From the NCBI GenBank assembly GCA_037446515.1, contig JBBIIN010000001.1, forward strand, positions 45,556-109,555: a stretch of 64,000 nt of DNA. Reading direction: 5' to 3'. The stretch's first letter is position 1, and the number at the start of each line of letters is the position of its first letter. The notes below the pieces were generated by a model that saw only the letters and a program-made list of their open reading frames with translations, had not been told where the DNA came from and did not search any database. Source of the DNA: Gallionellaceae bacterium. GTDB taxonomy: Bacteria; Pseudomonadota; Gammaproteobacteria; Burkholderiales; Gallionellaceae. The position numbers were made by a program, and so were the translations under genes. Shown one piece after another: positions 12,290 through 23,296 of the stretch.

Positions 12290-13198
12290 TCAACCGCGGC
12301 GGCTGACTATATCCGTGCGCACATTCGCGCTTTCCATCCAGCGCTTGATACGGTTGGCATCGCCCACGCGCGTATGCCTGCCCCAGGAGTCCAGCAGCAC
12401 GATCACCACCGGACGGCTGGAGATGTTCGCCTGCATTACCAGGCAACGCCCCGCTTCGCTGATGTAGCCCGTCTTGCTCAGGCCGATATCCCACGACGAG
12501 CTGCGCACCAGCGGATTGGTGTTGTTGAAACGCAAGGTGCGGCGCGCGGAAACCTGCACTACATGGGAATGGGAGGTGGTGCTGCGCTGGATGTCCTCAT
12601 AGCCCTGCGCGGCCATCACCATGCGCACCAAATCCTGCGCGGTGGAGACATTGCTGCTGTGCAAGCCGGTGGGATCATCGAAACGTGTGGAATTCATCCC
12701 CAACTCGCGCGCCTTGGCATTCATCATGGCCAGCGCGACCTGGGTGCCGCCGGGATAGGTGCGCGCCAGCGCGGCGGCGGCGGTGTTCTCGGAAGCCATC
12801 AGCGCCAGCTTGAGCAACTCGCCGCGCGTCAGCGTCATGCCCACGCGCATGCGCGTGCGCGTGCGCTTGAAATGATCCATGTCCTGTGCGCCGATGGTGA
12901 TGGGCTCGTCCAGCGGCAAGCGCGCATCCAGCACCACCATCGCCGTCATCAGCTTGGTGATGGAAGCGATCGGCACCACGTTGTCCACGTTCTTCGCGTA
13001 GATCGGCTGCTGTGCCTGCTCGTCATAAATCAAGGCGATCGCCGAAGCCAGGCGCGGCCCGGCTGATTTACCCGCTTGCGCGCCACTATCTGACTTGGTG
13101 TGATGGTGGGGTTGCGCATGGTGGTGTGGCAACGCCTGCGCAGACAAGGCATAGAAGGCATAGCCGGACAACACAACGGCGATCAACACATTACGCAT
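12290..13198 (-). CDS. pbpG: D-alanyl-D-alanine endopeptidase (PBP7, peptidase S11)
   Basis: Signal peptide; SITK, SEN and KTG motifs; SD AGGGGGAA before ATG 13198. Confidence 0.88.
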   Translation of the reverse strand: MRNVLIAVVLSGYAFYALSAQALPHHHAQPHHHTKSDSGAQAGKSAGPRLASAIALIYDEQAQQPIYAKNVDNVVPIASITKLMTAMVVLDARLPLDEPITIGAQDMDHFKRTRTRMRVGMTLTRGELLKLALMASENTAAAALARTYPGGTQVALAMMNAKARELGMNSTRFDDPTGLHSSNVSTAQDLVRMVMAAQGYEDIQRSTTSHSHVVQVSARRTLRFNNTNPLVRSSSWDIGLSKTGYISEAGRCLVMQANISSRPVVIVLLDSWGRHTRVGDANRIKRWMESANVRTDIVSRRG

Positions 13199-13279
13199 AC
13201 TTCCCCCTGATGTTCCCCCATGAACGGCGCGCAGCATACCCCAGAAACCCAATAAAAATCAACGCATGTCGCAAAACTG

Positions 13280-15061
13280 CTAATGCTCCTCCTGTTGCTG
13301 CAAAGACCACATCCGCGCATAAGCCCCCTGCCGCTCCAGCAATGCGCGATGGGTGCCGCGCTCGATGATGCGTCCTTGCTCCATCACCAGTATCTGTTCC
13401 GCCTCGACGATGGTGGACAGGCGGTGCGCGATGACCAGCGTGGTGCGGTCGCGCGCAATGCTGCGCAGTTCATCCTGGATGGCTTTCTCCGAATGCGAAT
13501 CCAGCGCCGAGGTCGCCTCGTCGAAGATCAGGATGGCCGGGTTCTTCAGGATGGCGCGCGCGATGGCCACGCGCTGCTTCTCTCCGCCCGACAGCTTGAG
13601 GCCGCGCTCACCTACCATGCTGTCATAGCCCTGCGGCAGCGACTCGATGAAGTGGTGGATGTGCGCCGACTGCGCGGCGCGCAGCACCTCTTCGCGCGTG
13701 GCGCCGGGACGGCCATAAGCGATGTTGTAATAGAGGGTGTCGTTGAACAGCACCGTGTCCTGCGGCACGATGCCGATGGCGGTGCGCAGGCTGGCCTGGG
13801 TCACGCTGCGGATGTCCTGCCCGTCTATCGTGATCGCCCCCGCATTCACGTCATAGAAACGGAACAGCAGCCGCGACAGCGTGGACTTGCCCGCACCGCT
13901 TGCCCCTACCACGGCCACCGTATGCCCAGCCGGTATCTCGAAATCCACTTGGTGCAGGATAGGGCGTTCCGGGTCATAGGCGAAGCCCACGCGGTCGAAA
14001 CGCACCGTACCCCGGCTGAGCTGCAAAGGCAGTGCATCCGGCGCATCCTCCACTTCACGGTGCACATCCAGCAGGCGGAACATGCGTTCCATGTCGGCCA
14101 GCGCATTCTTGATCTCGCGATAGACGAAACCGAGAAAATGCAGCGGCATGTAGAGTTGCAGCATGAACACATTGACCAGCACCAGGTCGCCCACCGTCAT
14201 TCTGCCCTGCGCCACCTCGTCCGCCGCCAGCAGCATGAGCAGCGTCAGACCGATGGCGATGATGATGCTCTGTCCCGCGTTCAGCGCCGCCAGCGAAGTC
14301 TGGTTCTTCACCGCCGACACTTCCCAGCGCTGCATCTGCTCGTCGTAACGCGCCACCTCGTACTGCTCGTTGCTGAAATACTTCACCGTCTCGTAATTGA
14401 GCAGACTGTCGATGGCGCGCGTGTTGGCCTTGGAATCCATGTCGTTCATGGTGCGGCGGAACACCATGCGCCATTCGGTGATCCACAGCGTGAAGCCGAT
14501 ATACAGCACCAGCGTAACGAAGGTGATGATGGCGAACCACGGGTCGTATTTGACGAACAGGATGCCCGCCACCAGGGCGATCTCCAGCAGCGTGGGCAGG
14601 ATGTTGAACAACATGAAGGTGAGCAGGAAACTGATGCCGCGCGTGCCGCGCTCGATGTCGCGCGACACCCCGCCGGTCTGCCGCTCCAGATGGAAGCGCA
14701 GCGAAAGGTTGTGCAGGTGCGCGAACACTTGCAGCGCCACACGGCGGATGGCGCGCTGCGTGACCTTGGCGAACAGGGCATCGCGCAACTCGCCGAACAA
14801 GGTGCTGAACAGGCGCAGCAAGCCGTAAGCGATGATGAGCGATACCGGCACCACCAGCATGGCGCGCGGCTGGCCCATCGCATCCACGACTTCCTTCAAC
14901 GCCAGCGGCACCGCCACATTGGCCAGTTTGGCCAGCACCAGCAGCACGACCACCGCGATGACGCGCCCCTTGAATTCCAGCAGATAGGGAACAAGACTGC
15001 GGATCACGCGCCAGTCAGTGCGGGCGGCGGCGGAGGTATGCGGAGAACTGAAGGAATGCAT
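13280..15061 (-). CDS. ABCB-type fused ABC transporter, Atm1/ABCB7-like
   Basis: TM domain + GASGAGKST, LSGGEKQRVAIAR, DEATSALD; NYETVKYF motif. Confidence 0.9.
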   Translation of the reverse strand: MHSFSSPHTSAAARTDWRVIRSLVPYLLEFKGRVIAVVVLLVLAKLANVAVPLALKEVVDAMGQPRAMLVVPVSLIIAYGLLRLFSTLFGELRDALFAKVTQRAIRRVALQVFAHLHNLSLRFHLERQTGGVSRDIERGTRGISFLLTFMLFNILPTLLEIALVAGILFVKYDPWFAIITFVTLVLYIGFTLWITEWRMVFRRTMNDMDSKANTRAIDSLLNYETVKYFSNEQYEVARYDEQMQRWEVSAVKNQTSLAALNAGQSIIIAIGLTLLMLLAADEVAQGRMTVGDLVLVNVFMLQLYMPLHFLGFVYREIKNALADMERMFRLLDVHREVEDAPDALPLQLSRGTVRFDRVGFAYDPERPILHQVDFEIPAGHTVAVVGASGAGKSTLSRLLFRFYDVNAGAITIDGQDIRSVTQASLRTAIGIVPQDTVLFNDTLYYNIAYGRPGATREEVLRAAQSAHIHHFIESLPQGYDSMVGERGLKLSGGEKQRVAIARAILKNPAILIFDEATSALDSHSEKAIQDELRSIARDRTTLVIAHRLSTIVEAEQILVMEQGRIIERGTHRALLERQGAYARMWSLQQQEEH

Positions 15062-15100
15062 GGCAGGCGGGCGCGATAGAACCGGCCCGCATTATAACGG

Positions 15101-17155
15101 CTAAGTATTATCCGGATGCGCCGCCTTGCCGTAGTAATAGCCCTGCGCGCAGCACACCCCGATCTCGGCCAGCATGCGCGCCGTCGCCTCGTCCTCGACG
15201 AATTCGGCGATGGATTTCATGCCGAACTCCTGGGCCACCTGATGGATATGGCGCACCATGATGCGGTCGCGCTCGTCCACCACCATGTGCTGCACGAAGC
15301 TGCCCTCGATCTTAATGAAGTCCACCGGCAGGTATTTGAGATACAGGAAGGAAGAGAAGCCGCTGCCGAAATCGTCCAGCGCGAACTGGATGCCGCACTC
15401 GCGCAGATATTCGATGACATGCCGCACATTGTTGATGTCGGGCAGCGCCTCGCGCTCGGTGACCTCCAGCACGACGTGGCGGCAGGGGATGCCGGCAGCG
15501 CGCAGTTGCGCCGGGATGCCGCGCATCCATTCATCATCGCGCAGCGTGAACGCCGACATATTGAAGAACAGCTTGGCAGCAGGATGCTTCGCCAGGATGG
15601 CCGGCAGGTATTTCAATCCCTTGGCGAACACGCGCTGGTCGATCTCCTTGACCATGCCCAGTTCGGACGCGGCCTCGATGAACTGGCCGGCCGCCATCAC
15701 GCTGTCGCCGTCGAGGATGCGCGCCAGCGTCTCGAACGCCATGATGTCGCCGCTGGCCACGCTGACGATGGGCTGCAGGTGCGCCTCCACGCGGTCTTCG
15801 ATCAACGCGCGGCGCAGATATTCGCCCTGCTGGAAGATCACCATCGCGCTGTTGTCCTCGCCGCCGCCGGTCAGCACCTGATTCTTGCCGCCGCGTTTGG
15901 CCTTGTACAGCAGCACATCCATCGCCGTCAGCAGCGCTTCCTTGCTGTCGCCGTCCTCCGGGAAATTTACCACGCTGAAGCTGGCCGACAGGGTTACGTT
16001 GCCCACGGGCAGGATCACCGGCTTCTGGCGCATCATTTCATGCAGTTTTTGCGCCACCTGCAAGCCGTTGGCGGCCGGGGTTTCCGGCAGGATCACGGCG
16101 AACTCGTCGCCGCCCAGCCGCGCCATCATGTCGCCCTTGCGCAGCTCGCCCTCCAGCATGGCGGTCAATGACTTCAGCGCGATGTCCCCCACCGGGTGGC
16201 CGTAGGTGTCGTTGATGAACTTGAAATCGTCCAGGTCAATCATGATCAGCGAGAACTGATGATGATGGCGCTGCGCGCGCGTAACTTCGTATTCCAGGAA
16301 CTCGTCGAACTTGCGCCGGTTAAATAGCCCGGTCAGCGGGTCGCGCACCGACAATTCCTCCAGGCGCGCGTTGTAATCCTGCATGGCCTGCAGCAGGCGG
16401 TTGAAGTATTCCGACAGGCGCCTGAGTTCGACGATCAGGTGGCCGCCCGCAACGCGCTGATTGAAATCCATCCCGTGGGTGACCTGTTGCATCACCGCCA
16501 CCAGTTCGCCTATCGGGCGCACCACCAGATAGCGCAGTTTGAAATACAACAACAAAAACACGCCGCCGATCACCAGCAAGGTGTAGCCCACCAGGCTGTT
16601 GATGACATAGCTGAACGACACCTTGATTTCGTTGACGGGGTAACTGACATCGATCACCCCATGCACGGCGCCGATATGGGACTGGGTATGGCAGGCCAGA
16701 CACTCCGCCTCGGCGCGCAAGGGATACAGATAGCGAATGTTGTTGCCCCCCTCCGGGAACAACAGGCGGTCATTGCCATCCTGCAACGCCGCCGCGAGCA
16801 GGGCATCGCGCGCGATCGCCTCCGCCTCGCCCGACATGGCGCCGAACTGTTGCGCGACGATGGCGCCGCGATAGACGCCGATCTTTACTCCCGGCATGGC
16901 GTGGTTCAGACGCGCAATGACCTCGTGAATCTCCTGCTTGTTCCAGCCTTTGCGCATGGCCGAATACAGGCTCTGGAACACCAGGCGGGAGGTTTGCTGG
17001 GCATCTTCCTTGGCCAGCGCATGCACGGCACGATCCCGCATCGCCCCCGACAGGGAAAAGATCAGCCCGAAGGCCAGCAGCAATGCCATGGCCGACAACA
17101 ACAACATCAAACGCCCCAGCGAGATTTCGCGGATAAAACCGAACAGCCGAGCCAT
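15101..17155 (-). CDS. Membrane GGDEF-EAL protein with periplasmic heme-c (CxxCH) sensor and HAMP-like linker
   Basis: Two TM segments flank a domain containing CLACH (16688-16702); intact GGDEF; ETL and DDFGSGFSS in the EAL domain. Confidence 0.88.
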   Translation of the reverse strand: MARLFGFIREISLGRLMLLLSAMALLLAFGLIFSLSGAMRDRAVHALAKEDAQQTSRLVFQSLYSAMRKGWNKQEIHEVIARLNHAMPGVKIGVYRGAIVAQQFGAMSGEAEAIARDALLAAALQDGNDRLLFPEGGNNIRYLYPLRAEAECLACHTQSHIGAVHGVIDVSYPVNEIKVSFSYVINSLVGYTLLVIGGVFLLLYFKLRYLVVRPIGELVAVMQQVTHGMDFNQRVAGGHLIVELRRLSEYFNRLLQAMQDYNARLEELSVRDPLTGLFNRRKFDEFLEYEVTRAQRHHHQFSLIMIDLDDFKFINDTYGHPVGDIALKSLTAMLEGELRKGDMMARLGGDEFAVILPETPAANGLQVAQKLHEMMRQKPVILPVGNVTLSASFSVVNFPEDGDSKEALLTAMDVLLYKAKRGGKNQVLTGGGEDNSAMVIFQQGEYLRRALIEDRVEAHLQPIVSVASGDIMAFETLARILDGDSVMAAGQFIEAASELGMVKEIDQRVFAKGLKYLPAILAKHPAAKLFFNMSAFTLRDDEWMRGIPAQLRAAGIPCRHVVLEVTEREALPDINNVRHVIEYLRECGIQFALDDFGSGFSSFLYLKYLPVDFIKIEGSFVQHMVVDERDRIMVRHIHQVAQEFGMKSIAEFVEDEATARMLAEIGVCCAQGYYYGKAAHPDNT

Positions 17156-17241
17156 GGAACGCTCCCTTTATAGTTATTTTTCTTACCCCTACTCAAAGTC
17201 GGGCATATTACCCCCCCCCGCGACACAACAACAGAATTTTT

Positions 17242-18414
17242 TCAGAAATCGTGGCGCTGGCGCGCATAGCCGGTAATGCCCAGCAGGGCGCGCACCAGGC
17301 CGTAGGCCAGCTTCAGTGCCAGCCGTTGCCACAGGGGCAGCGCCTGCCAATGCGCCGGCTCGATGCGCCGCGCATGGGCGGAAATCTCGTACCACAGGCT
17401 GCGCCGCAAGGCGGCGGCAAAAGCCGCGTCGCGTACCACCAGGTTGGCCTCGCGCGCCAGCAGCAGGCTGAAAGGATCGAGGTTGGAAGAGCCGACCGTG
17501 GCCCATGCGCCATCCACCACGCCCACCTTGGCATGCAGGTAACTGTCGCTGTATTCATGGATCTCCACCCCGGCCTTCAGCAACTGGCCATACAGCGCCA
17601 GCGTGGCAAAGTGCTGCAAGCGGTATTCCACGCGCCCCTGCAACAGCAGCACCACCCTGACCTCGCGTTGCGCCGCTTCCTTCAATGCCTGGCGGAACGC
17701 GCGCCCCGGCAGGAAATAGGCATTGGCGATGACGATCTCATGCTGCGCCATGGCGATGGCTTGCAGATAGGCGCGCTCGATGTCGCGCCGGTGCCCGAGG
17801 TTGTCACGCAACAGCAGTTGCACGGCAGCAGCATGTTTTTCCGTGCGGTGCAGGCGCTCGCGCAGGCTGGAAACGCGCCTGCGCAAGCTGGCCCAGCGCA
17901 GGGTGGCCCACAGGTGGTGCATCGCCTCCTGCACCTCGTGCGCGACCCTGCCCTGCACGCGCACGCCATAGTCCAGCCGCGGCCTGTCGAAATCCTGTTC
18001 GTCCGGGATGTCGTTGACGATGTTGATACCCCCGACGTAAGCGATCTCGCCATCGATGCAGGCCAGCTTGCGGTGCAGGCGGCGCAGGCGGTGGCGGCGC
18101 AGCCGCAATACCCCGCGTTCCGGACGGAACCACTGCACCTCGACACCGGACATGCGCAGCTCGTCCACCCAGGCTTGCGGCAAGCCGGATGAACCGAAAC
18201 CGTCCAGCAGCAGATGCACCGCGACATGGCGCGCCGCCGCGCGCTGCAAGGCGCGCGACACCATGCGCCCGGTCTCGTCGGCAGCAAAGATGTAGGTTTC
18301 CAGATAGATGCTGTGCTGCGCCGCGTCAATGTCCGCGCATAGCTGCGGGAAATAATGCGTGCCGTTCTGCAATAGCGCCAGCGTGTTGCCCGGCAGATGG
18401 AACGTCCTGCTCAT
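17242..18414 (-). CDS. clsB: Cardiolipin synthase ClsB
   Basis: Two HKD motifs (HRKLACID, HAKVGVVD), GSSNLD; downstream of an EEP-family gene as in ybhP-ybhO. Confidence 0.88.
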   Translation of the reverse strand: MSRTFHLPGNTLALLQNGTHYFPQLCADIDAAQHSIYLETYIFAADETGRMVSRALQRAAARHVAVHLLLDGFGSSGLPQAWVDELRMSGVEVQWFRPERGVLRLRRHRLRRLHRKLACIDGEIAYVGGINIVNDIPDEQDFDRPRLDYGVRVQGRVAHEVQEAMHHLWATLRWASLRRRVSSLRERLHRTEKHAAAVQLLLRDNLGHRRDIERAYLQAIAMAQHEIVIANAYFLPGRAFRQALKEAAQREVRVVLLLQGRVEYRLQHFATLALYGQLLKAGVEIHEYSDSYLHAKVGVVDGAWATVGSSNLDPFSLLLAREANLVVRDAAFAAALRRSLWYEISAHARRIEPAHWQALPLWQRLALKLAYGLVRALLGITGYARQRHDF

Positions 18415-19145
18415 AGCCCCTTCAGTTGCGCCATCAGCGCCGCATGGTCGGACATACGCCGTCCGCCATGCACCTGGCTCGCCAGCACTTCGAAGCCGCG
18501 CACATAGATACGGTCCAGCCTGAACAGCGGCAGCGCCGCCGGAAAGCTGCGCGCCAGCCTGCCATGCGCAAGATGAAACACATCGTTCAGCCCCAGCTCG
18601 CTCGACAGCGCCGGACTGAGCTGGTTGCGCCAGTCATTGAAATCGCCCGCCACGATCAGCGGCGCGTCCGGCGGGATCTGCTGCCGCACATGCTCGATCA
18701 GCTCATGCATCTGCGCGCGCCTCCCGCGCGCGAACAGCCCGAAATGCGCACACAGGCAATGCACGGACCGCCCCTTCAGTTCGATCTCGCAATGCAGCAG
18801 ACCGCGCTGCTCGAAACGGTGCGCCGAGACATCCTTGTTGACCGACTGCACGATGGGAAAACGGCTGAGGATGGCATTGCCGTGATGGCCGTGCTCATAC
18901 ACCGCGTTCATGCCATAAGCGTGGTGTCCCCAGCGTTCGCCCGCCAGGAACTCATGCTGCGGCCCGTCCGGGTAATCGGCGCGGCGCTCCACATGCCGCG
19001 CATGCGCCCCCTGCACCTCCTGCAAGAACACGATGTCCGCATCCAGTTCGCACAGCCGCTCGCGCAGCTCGGGCAGCACCACACGCCGATTGAAGGCTGA
19101 AAAGCCCTTGTGGATGTTGTAGGTGGCGACTTTGAGAGGGCTCAT
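18411..19145 (-). CDS. Endonuclease/exonuclease/phosphatase family protein (YbhP-like)
   Basis: [26 protein letters not shown] motifs. Confidence 0.88.
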   Translation of the reverse strand: MSPLKVATYNIHKGFSAFNRRVVLPELRERLCELDADIVFLQEVQGAHARHVERRADYPDGPQHEFLAGERWGHHAYGMNAVYEHGHHGNAILSRFPIVQSVNKDVSAHRFEQRGLLHCEIELKGRSVHCLCAHFGLFARGRRAQMHELIEHVRQQIPPDAPLIVAGDFNDWRNQLSPALSSELGLNDVFHLAHGRLARSFPAALPLFRLDRIYVRGFEVLASQVHGGRRMSDHAALMAQLKGL

Positions 19146-20239
19146 GCGTTGCCGATGCCTTTGGTCGGCAGTTTGATCTGCTGCGCGAAATCAAGCATGC
19201 GTTTGATCGGCTGCACCGCGCGCGGGATGATGCCCGGATCGACGTGGATCTCGTTATGGCCGCGTTCCAGCACCTCGGCGAGATTCAGCAGACCGTTCAT
19301 TGCCATCCACGGGCAGTGGCTGCAACTGGTGCAGTTGGCGCCGCGTCCAGCGGTGGGGGCTTCGAGGAAGGTCTTGTCCGGGCACAAGGTGCGCATCTTG
19401 TGCAGGATGCCGTTATCGGTGGCGACGATGAATTCCCGGTTGGGTGCGGCCTGCGCAGCCTTGATGAGCTGGGTGGTGGAGCCGACCACGTCGGCCTGTT
19501 GCACCACGGCGCGCGGCGATTCGGGATGCACGAGCACCAGTGCGCCGGGATGCTGTGCCTTCAGTTCGATGAGCTCTTTCGCTTTGTATTCGTCATGCAC
19601 GATGCAGGAGCCTTGCCACAGCAGCATGTCGGCGCCGGTCTGTTCCTGCACATAGCTGCCGAGGTGGCGGTCGGGCGCCCACAGTATCTTCTTGCCCTGC
19701 TCGTGCAGGTGCTTCACCACCGGCAAGGCTATCGAACTGGTCACCATCCAGTCGGCGCGCGCCTTCACCGCCGCGCTGGTGTTGGCGTACACCACCACCA
19801 CACGATCCGGGTGCGCATCGCAGAACGCGCTGAATTCATCCGCCGGGCAGCCAAGATCGAGCGAGCATTCCGCTTCGAGGTCGGGCATCAGCACGCGTTT
19901 TTCGGGATTGAGAATCTTGGCAGTTTCGCCCATGAAGCGCACACCCGCAACGATGATGGTCCTGGCCGGATGCTGGTGGCCGAAGTTGGCCATGTCGAGC
20001 GAGTCGGACACGATGCCACCGGTGGCCTCGGCCAGGTCCTGCAGGTCGGGATGCACATAGTAATGCGACACCAGCACCGCATCCTGCTCTTTCAGCAGGC
20101 GCTTGATGCGCGCGATGAGCTCGGCCTTTTCTTGCGAGTCAGGGTCGCGCGGCTTCCTGGCCCAGGCATGCGCTGTGCTGCAAGTGTGCTGCGCCGCGTC
20201 GGGTTGTTCGTAGGCGATGGAGATGATGTCTTCAGCCAT
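19142..20239 (-). CDS. nadA: Quinolinate synthase
   Basis: [29 protein letters not shown] and CPWM motifs. Confidence 0.96.
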   Translation of the reverse strand: MAEDIISIAYEQPDAAQHTCSTAHAWARKPRDPDSQEKAELIARIKRLLKEQDAVLVSHYYVHPDLQDLAEATGGIVSDSLDMANFGHQHPARTIIVAGVRFMGETAKILNPEKRVLMPDLEAECSLDLGCPADEFSAFCDAHPDRVVVVYANTSAAVKARADWMVTSSIALPVVKHLHEQGKKILWAPDRHLGSYVQEQTGADMLLWQGSCIVHDEYKAKELIELKAQHPGALVLVHPESPRAVVQQADVVGSTTQLIKAAQAAPNREFIVATDNGILHKMRTLCPDKTFLEAPTAGRGANCTSCSHCPWMAMNGLLNLAEVLERGHNEIHVDPGIIPRAVQPIKRMLDFAQQIKLPTKGIGNA

Positions 20240-20684
20240 GCTGTACTCGTTGCGGTAGTTGCAATATCGCCGCGCGGTTGCTCGGTGAGAAGACTTTATC
20301 CGCCGCCTCGTGCCATGGCAACCACTGATAGCCGAGATGCTCGCGCGGCTCGACCTTCACCTCGACCCGTTGCGGAAGTTGCAGGCCGAACACATGCTCG
20401 GTGTTGTGCGTGGTACCGGGCGGATAGCGATGCACCCAGCGCGGGTAGATGTCGTACACGATCTGCTGTTGCCAGTCGCTCAACGCATAGCGCGTCGCAT
20501 CCAGTCCGGTCTCCTCGCCTACTTCGCGGATCGCCGTTTCGCGCAGCGTCTCTTCGCCATCGCGGCTGCCCGTGACCGACTGCCAATAGCCGGGGGAGTC
20601 GGCACGCTCCAGCAGCAGCACTTCCAGCGAGGCCGTATAGATGACCACCAGCGCGGAGATGGGTTGTTTGTAGCCGGATTTCAA
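20232..20684 (-). CDS. nudB: Dihydroneopterin triphosphate diphosphatase
   Basis: [18 protein letters not shown] and a Nudix box; probable TTG start overlapping the barstar stop (TTGA). Confidence 0.88.
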   Translation of the reverse strand: MKSGYKQPISALVVIYTASLEVLLLERADSPGYWQSVTGSRDGEETLRETAIREVGEETGLDATRYALSDWQQQIVYDIYPRWVHRYPPGTTHNTEHVFGLQLPQRVEVKVEPREHLGYQWLPWHEAADKVFSPSNRAAILQLPQRVQHG

Positions 20685-21091
20685 GCGATGAATATCCAGA
20701 ACGGCTTGCCTTCCGACTTCCAGAAAGATGCGGTCTCGCCGAAGATTTCCGTGACGGTATCGTAGTCGGCCTCGCTCAACCCCAACCGCTCGGCGCTGTG
20801 CAACAGCAACAGCACATAACCCGGACTCTCCTGCTCTCCCGTTTCCAGCCAGGACAGATCGCCCAGTGCATCGGCCAGCGCGTCGAAGTTGTGCCCGAAC
20901 CAGTCCGGTGCATGGATGGCCTTGGCGATGGCCGCGAGGAACTCGCCCTTGCCACGACACTCCGACAAATCTATCTCAAAAAAGCGCAATTCGGTCAGCG
21001 CCACATTGCCGCGCAGCACCTCCACCGGACAACTCAGTTCATACACACCCGATTCGCTGACATCCTGCAAGCGTGCACACAAATCGCTCAT
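20681..21091 (-). CDS. Barstar-family RNase inhibitor
   Basis: WFGHNFDALADALGDL motif; immediately downstream of an RNase gene. Confidence 0.88.
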   Translation of the reverse strand: MSDLCARLQDVSESGVYELSCPVEVLRGNVALTELRFFEIDLSECRGKGEFLAAIAKAIHAPDWFGHNFDALADALGDLSWLETGEQESPGYVLLLLHSAERLGLSEADYDTVTEIFGETASFWKSEGKPFWIFIA

Positions 21092-21094
21092 GGC

Positions 21095-21466
21095 TCACTC
21101 CTTGATGCGTTGGAAGGTCTGGTAATGGTCGCCAGTGTAATAGCACTCCGGCACGATGCCGCACACGATGCGCCGCGCGCCACGGTTGCGCGCGCCCGGC
21201 GTCTTCACCGTGTATTCGTGGTAATAGCCTCGCGGCTGCCGGGGCAAAACGCGCTCGAAGTTGCTGAACACCACGCCATCGCGCGCATAAGGGAAAGGCC
21301 CGCCTTGCCTGATGAGGCGCAGCGTATCGCGTGCCTCGGGAGGGAGTTCGGCGACCGCGACCGTCGCCAAGGCAACGTTTTCTGAAAAATATCTTGCTTG
21401 CGCGACGGGCTGCCAGGATAGCAGCCCTGCCAAAACCAACCACAGCGTAATTACGCCGCGCCGCAT
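21095..21466 (-). CDS. Secreted guanyl-specific ribonuclease (barnase/RNase Sa family)
   Basis: Signal peptide; GPFPY..DG..F.N.E..LP, YHEYTV, RGARRIV, YYTGDHY. Confidence 0.9.
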   Translation of the reverse strand: MRRGVITLWLVLAGLLSWQPVAQARYFSENVALATVAVAELPPEARDTLRLIRQGGPFPYARDGVVFSNFERVLPRQPRGYYHEYTVKTPGARNRGARRIVCGIVPECYYTGDHYQTFQRIKE

Positions 21467-21469
21467 GCC

Positions 21470-23263
21470 TTATTCCTTGGCCGCCTCAGTCGGTGCGGAT
21501 TGGCGCAGGCGGATATGCAGCTCGCGCAACTGCTTCTCGTCCACGGGAGACGGCGCTTGCGTGAGCAGGCATTGCGCACGCTGGGTCTTGGGGAAGGCGA
21601 TCACGTCGCGGATGGATTCCGCGCCCGTCATCATGGTGACGATGCGATCCAGACCGAAGGCCAGACCGCCGTGCGGCGGTGCGCCATATTGCAGCGCGTC
21701 GAGCAGGAAGCCAAACTTGAGCTGGGCTTCTTCCGCGCCGATGTTGAGCGCACGGAACACCTGGCTCTGCACTTCTTCCTTGTGGATACGCACCGAGCCG
21801 CCGCCGATCTCCCATCCGTTCAGCGCCAGATCGTAGGCCTTGGCCAGACACTTGCCGGGATCGCTTTCAAGGAACTGCACATGCTCGTCCTTGGGCGAGG
21901 TGAACGGATGGTGGCAGGCCGTCCAGCGCTTGTCTTCCTCGTCGTATTCGAACATGGGGAAGTCCACCACCCACAGCGGCTCCCACGCCTTGCCGTTGGT
22001 GTAACCCTTTTCGTGGCCGATCTTGCTGCGCAGTGCGCCGAGCGCGTCGTTGACGATTTTGGTCTTGTCCGCGCCGAAGAAGATCAGGTCGCCGTTCTGC
22101 GCACCAGTGCGTTGCATGATGGCTTGCAGCGCGGCTTCATGCAGGTTCTTGACGATGGGCGATTGCAGGCCGGTCTCGTTCAGCTGGGTAACATCGTTCA
22201 CCTTAATGTAGGCCAGCCCCTTCGCGCCATAGATAGACACGAACTTGGTGTATTCGTCTATCTCGCCGCGCGTCAACGTCGCACCGCCGGGGATGCACAG
22301 CGCCGCCACACGGCCGCCGCTGTTGGCCACGCCGCTGAACACCTTGAACGCCACCTCCTTCACCGCATCGGTCACCTCGGTGATCTCCAGCGTCACGCGC
22401 AGGTCCGGCTTGTCGGAACCGAAACGCGACATCGCCTCGCCATAGCTCATGCGCGGGAAGGGATTGGGCAGCGTGACATTGAGCACATCCTTGAACACGG
22501 TGCGGATCATGTTCTCCATGATCGCCATGATCTGTTCTTCGTTCAGGAATGAAGTCTCGATATCCACTTGGGTGAATTCGGGCTGGCGGTCGGCGCGCAG
22601 ATCCTCGTCGCGGAAACACTTGGTGATCTGGTAGTAGCGGTCAAAGCCCGCCACCATCAGCATCTGCTTGAACAATTGCGGCGACTGCGGCAACGCGAAG
22701 AACTCGCCCACATGCACGCGTGACGGCACCAGATAGTCGCGTGCGCCTTCCGGCGTGGACTTAGTCAGCATCGGCGTCTCGATGTCGATGAAGCCGGCAT
22801 CGTCGAGGAAGCGGCGGAACGCGCGCGCCGTCTTGTAGCGCAGCATCATATTGTGTTGCATCTGCGGGCGGCGCAGGTCGATCACGCGATGTGTCAGGCG
22901 CACGTTCTCGGACAGGTTCTCGTCGTCCAGTTGGAACGGCGGCGTGACGGAGGTGTTCAGCACCTCGATCTCGTGGCACAGCAGCTCGATCTCGCCGCTG
23001 GGGATGTTCTTGTTCTCAGTGCCTTCGGGGCGGCGGCGCACGCGCCCGATGACCTTGAGCACGAACTCGTTGCGCACCGATTCGGCGATCTTGAACATTT
23101 CGGCGCGGTCGGGGTCGCACACCACCTGCGCCAATCCCTCACGGTCGCGCAGGTCAATGAAGATCACCCCGCCATGGTCGCGGCGGCGGTGCGCCCAGCC
23201 GCACAGGGTGACGGTGTTGCCCAGATGATTGACGTTGAGTTGTCCGCAATAATGAGTACGCAT
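21470..23263 (-). CDS. aspS: Aspartyl-tRNA synthetase
   Basis: [48 protein letters not shown]. Confidence 0.98.
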   Translation of the reverse strand: MRTHYCGQLNVNHLGNTVTLCGWAHRRRDHGGVIFIDLRDREGLAQVVCDPDRAEMFKIAESVRNEFVLKVIGRVRRRPEGTENKNIPSGEIELLCHEIEVLNTSVTPPFQLDDENLSENVRLTHRVIDLRRPQMQHNMMLRYKTARAFRRFLDDAGFIDIETPMLTKSTPEGARDYLVPSRVHVGEFFALPQSPQLFKQMLMVAGFDRYYQITKCFRDEDLRADRQPEFTQVDIETSFLNEEQIMAIMENMIRTVFKDVLNVTLPNPFPRMSYGEAMSRFGSDKPDLRVTLEITEVTDAVKEVAFKVFSGVANSGGRVAALCIPGGATLTRGEIDEYTKFVSIYGAKGLAYIKVNDVTQLNETGLQSPIVKNLHEAALQAIMQRTGAQNGDLIFFGADKTKIVNDALGALRSKIGHEKGYTNGKAWEPLWVVDFPMFEYDEEDKRWTACHHPFTSPKDEHVQFLESDPGKCLAKAYDLALNGWEIGGGSVRIHKEEVQSQVFRALNIGAEEAQLKFGFLLDALQYGAPPHGGLAFGLDRIVTMMTGAESIRDVIAFPKTQRAQCLLTQAPSPVDEKQLRELHIRLRQSAPTEAAKE

Positions 23264-23296
23264 GGTTGTTCTTGATTGAAAGGTGTTACGGGAAAA

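Noticed and set aside
20685-20960. Extended nudB ORF overlapping barstar
   Set aside because: The Nudix homology begins at about 20684; the extension is an alternative frame of the barstar gene.
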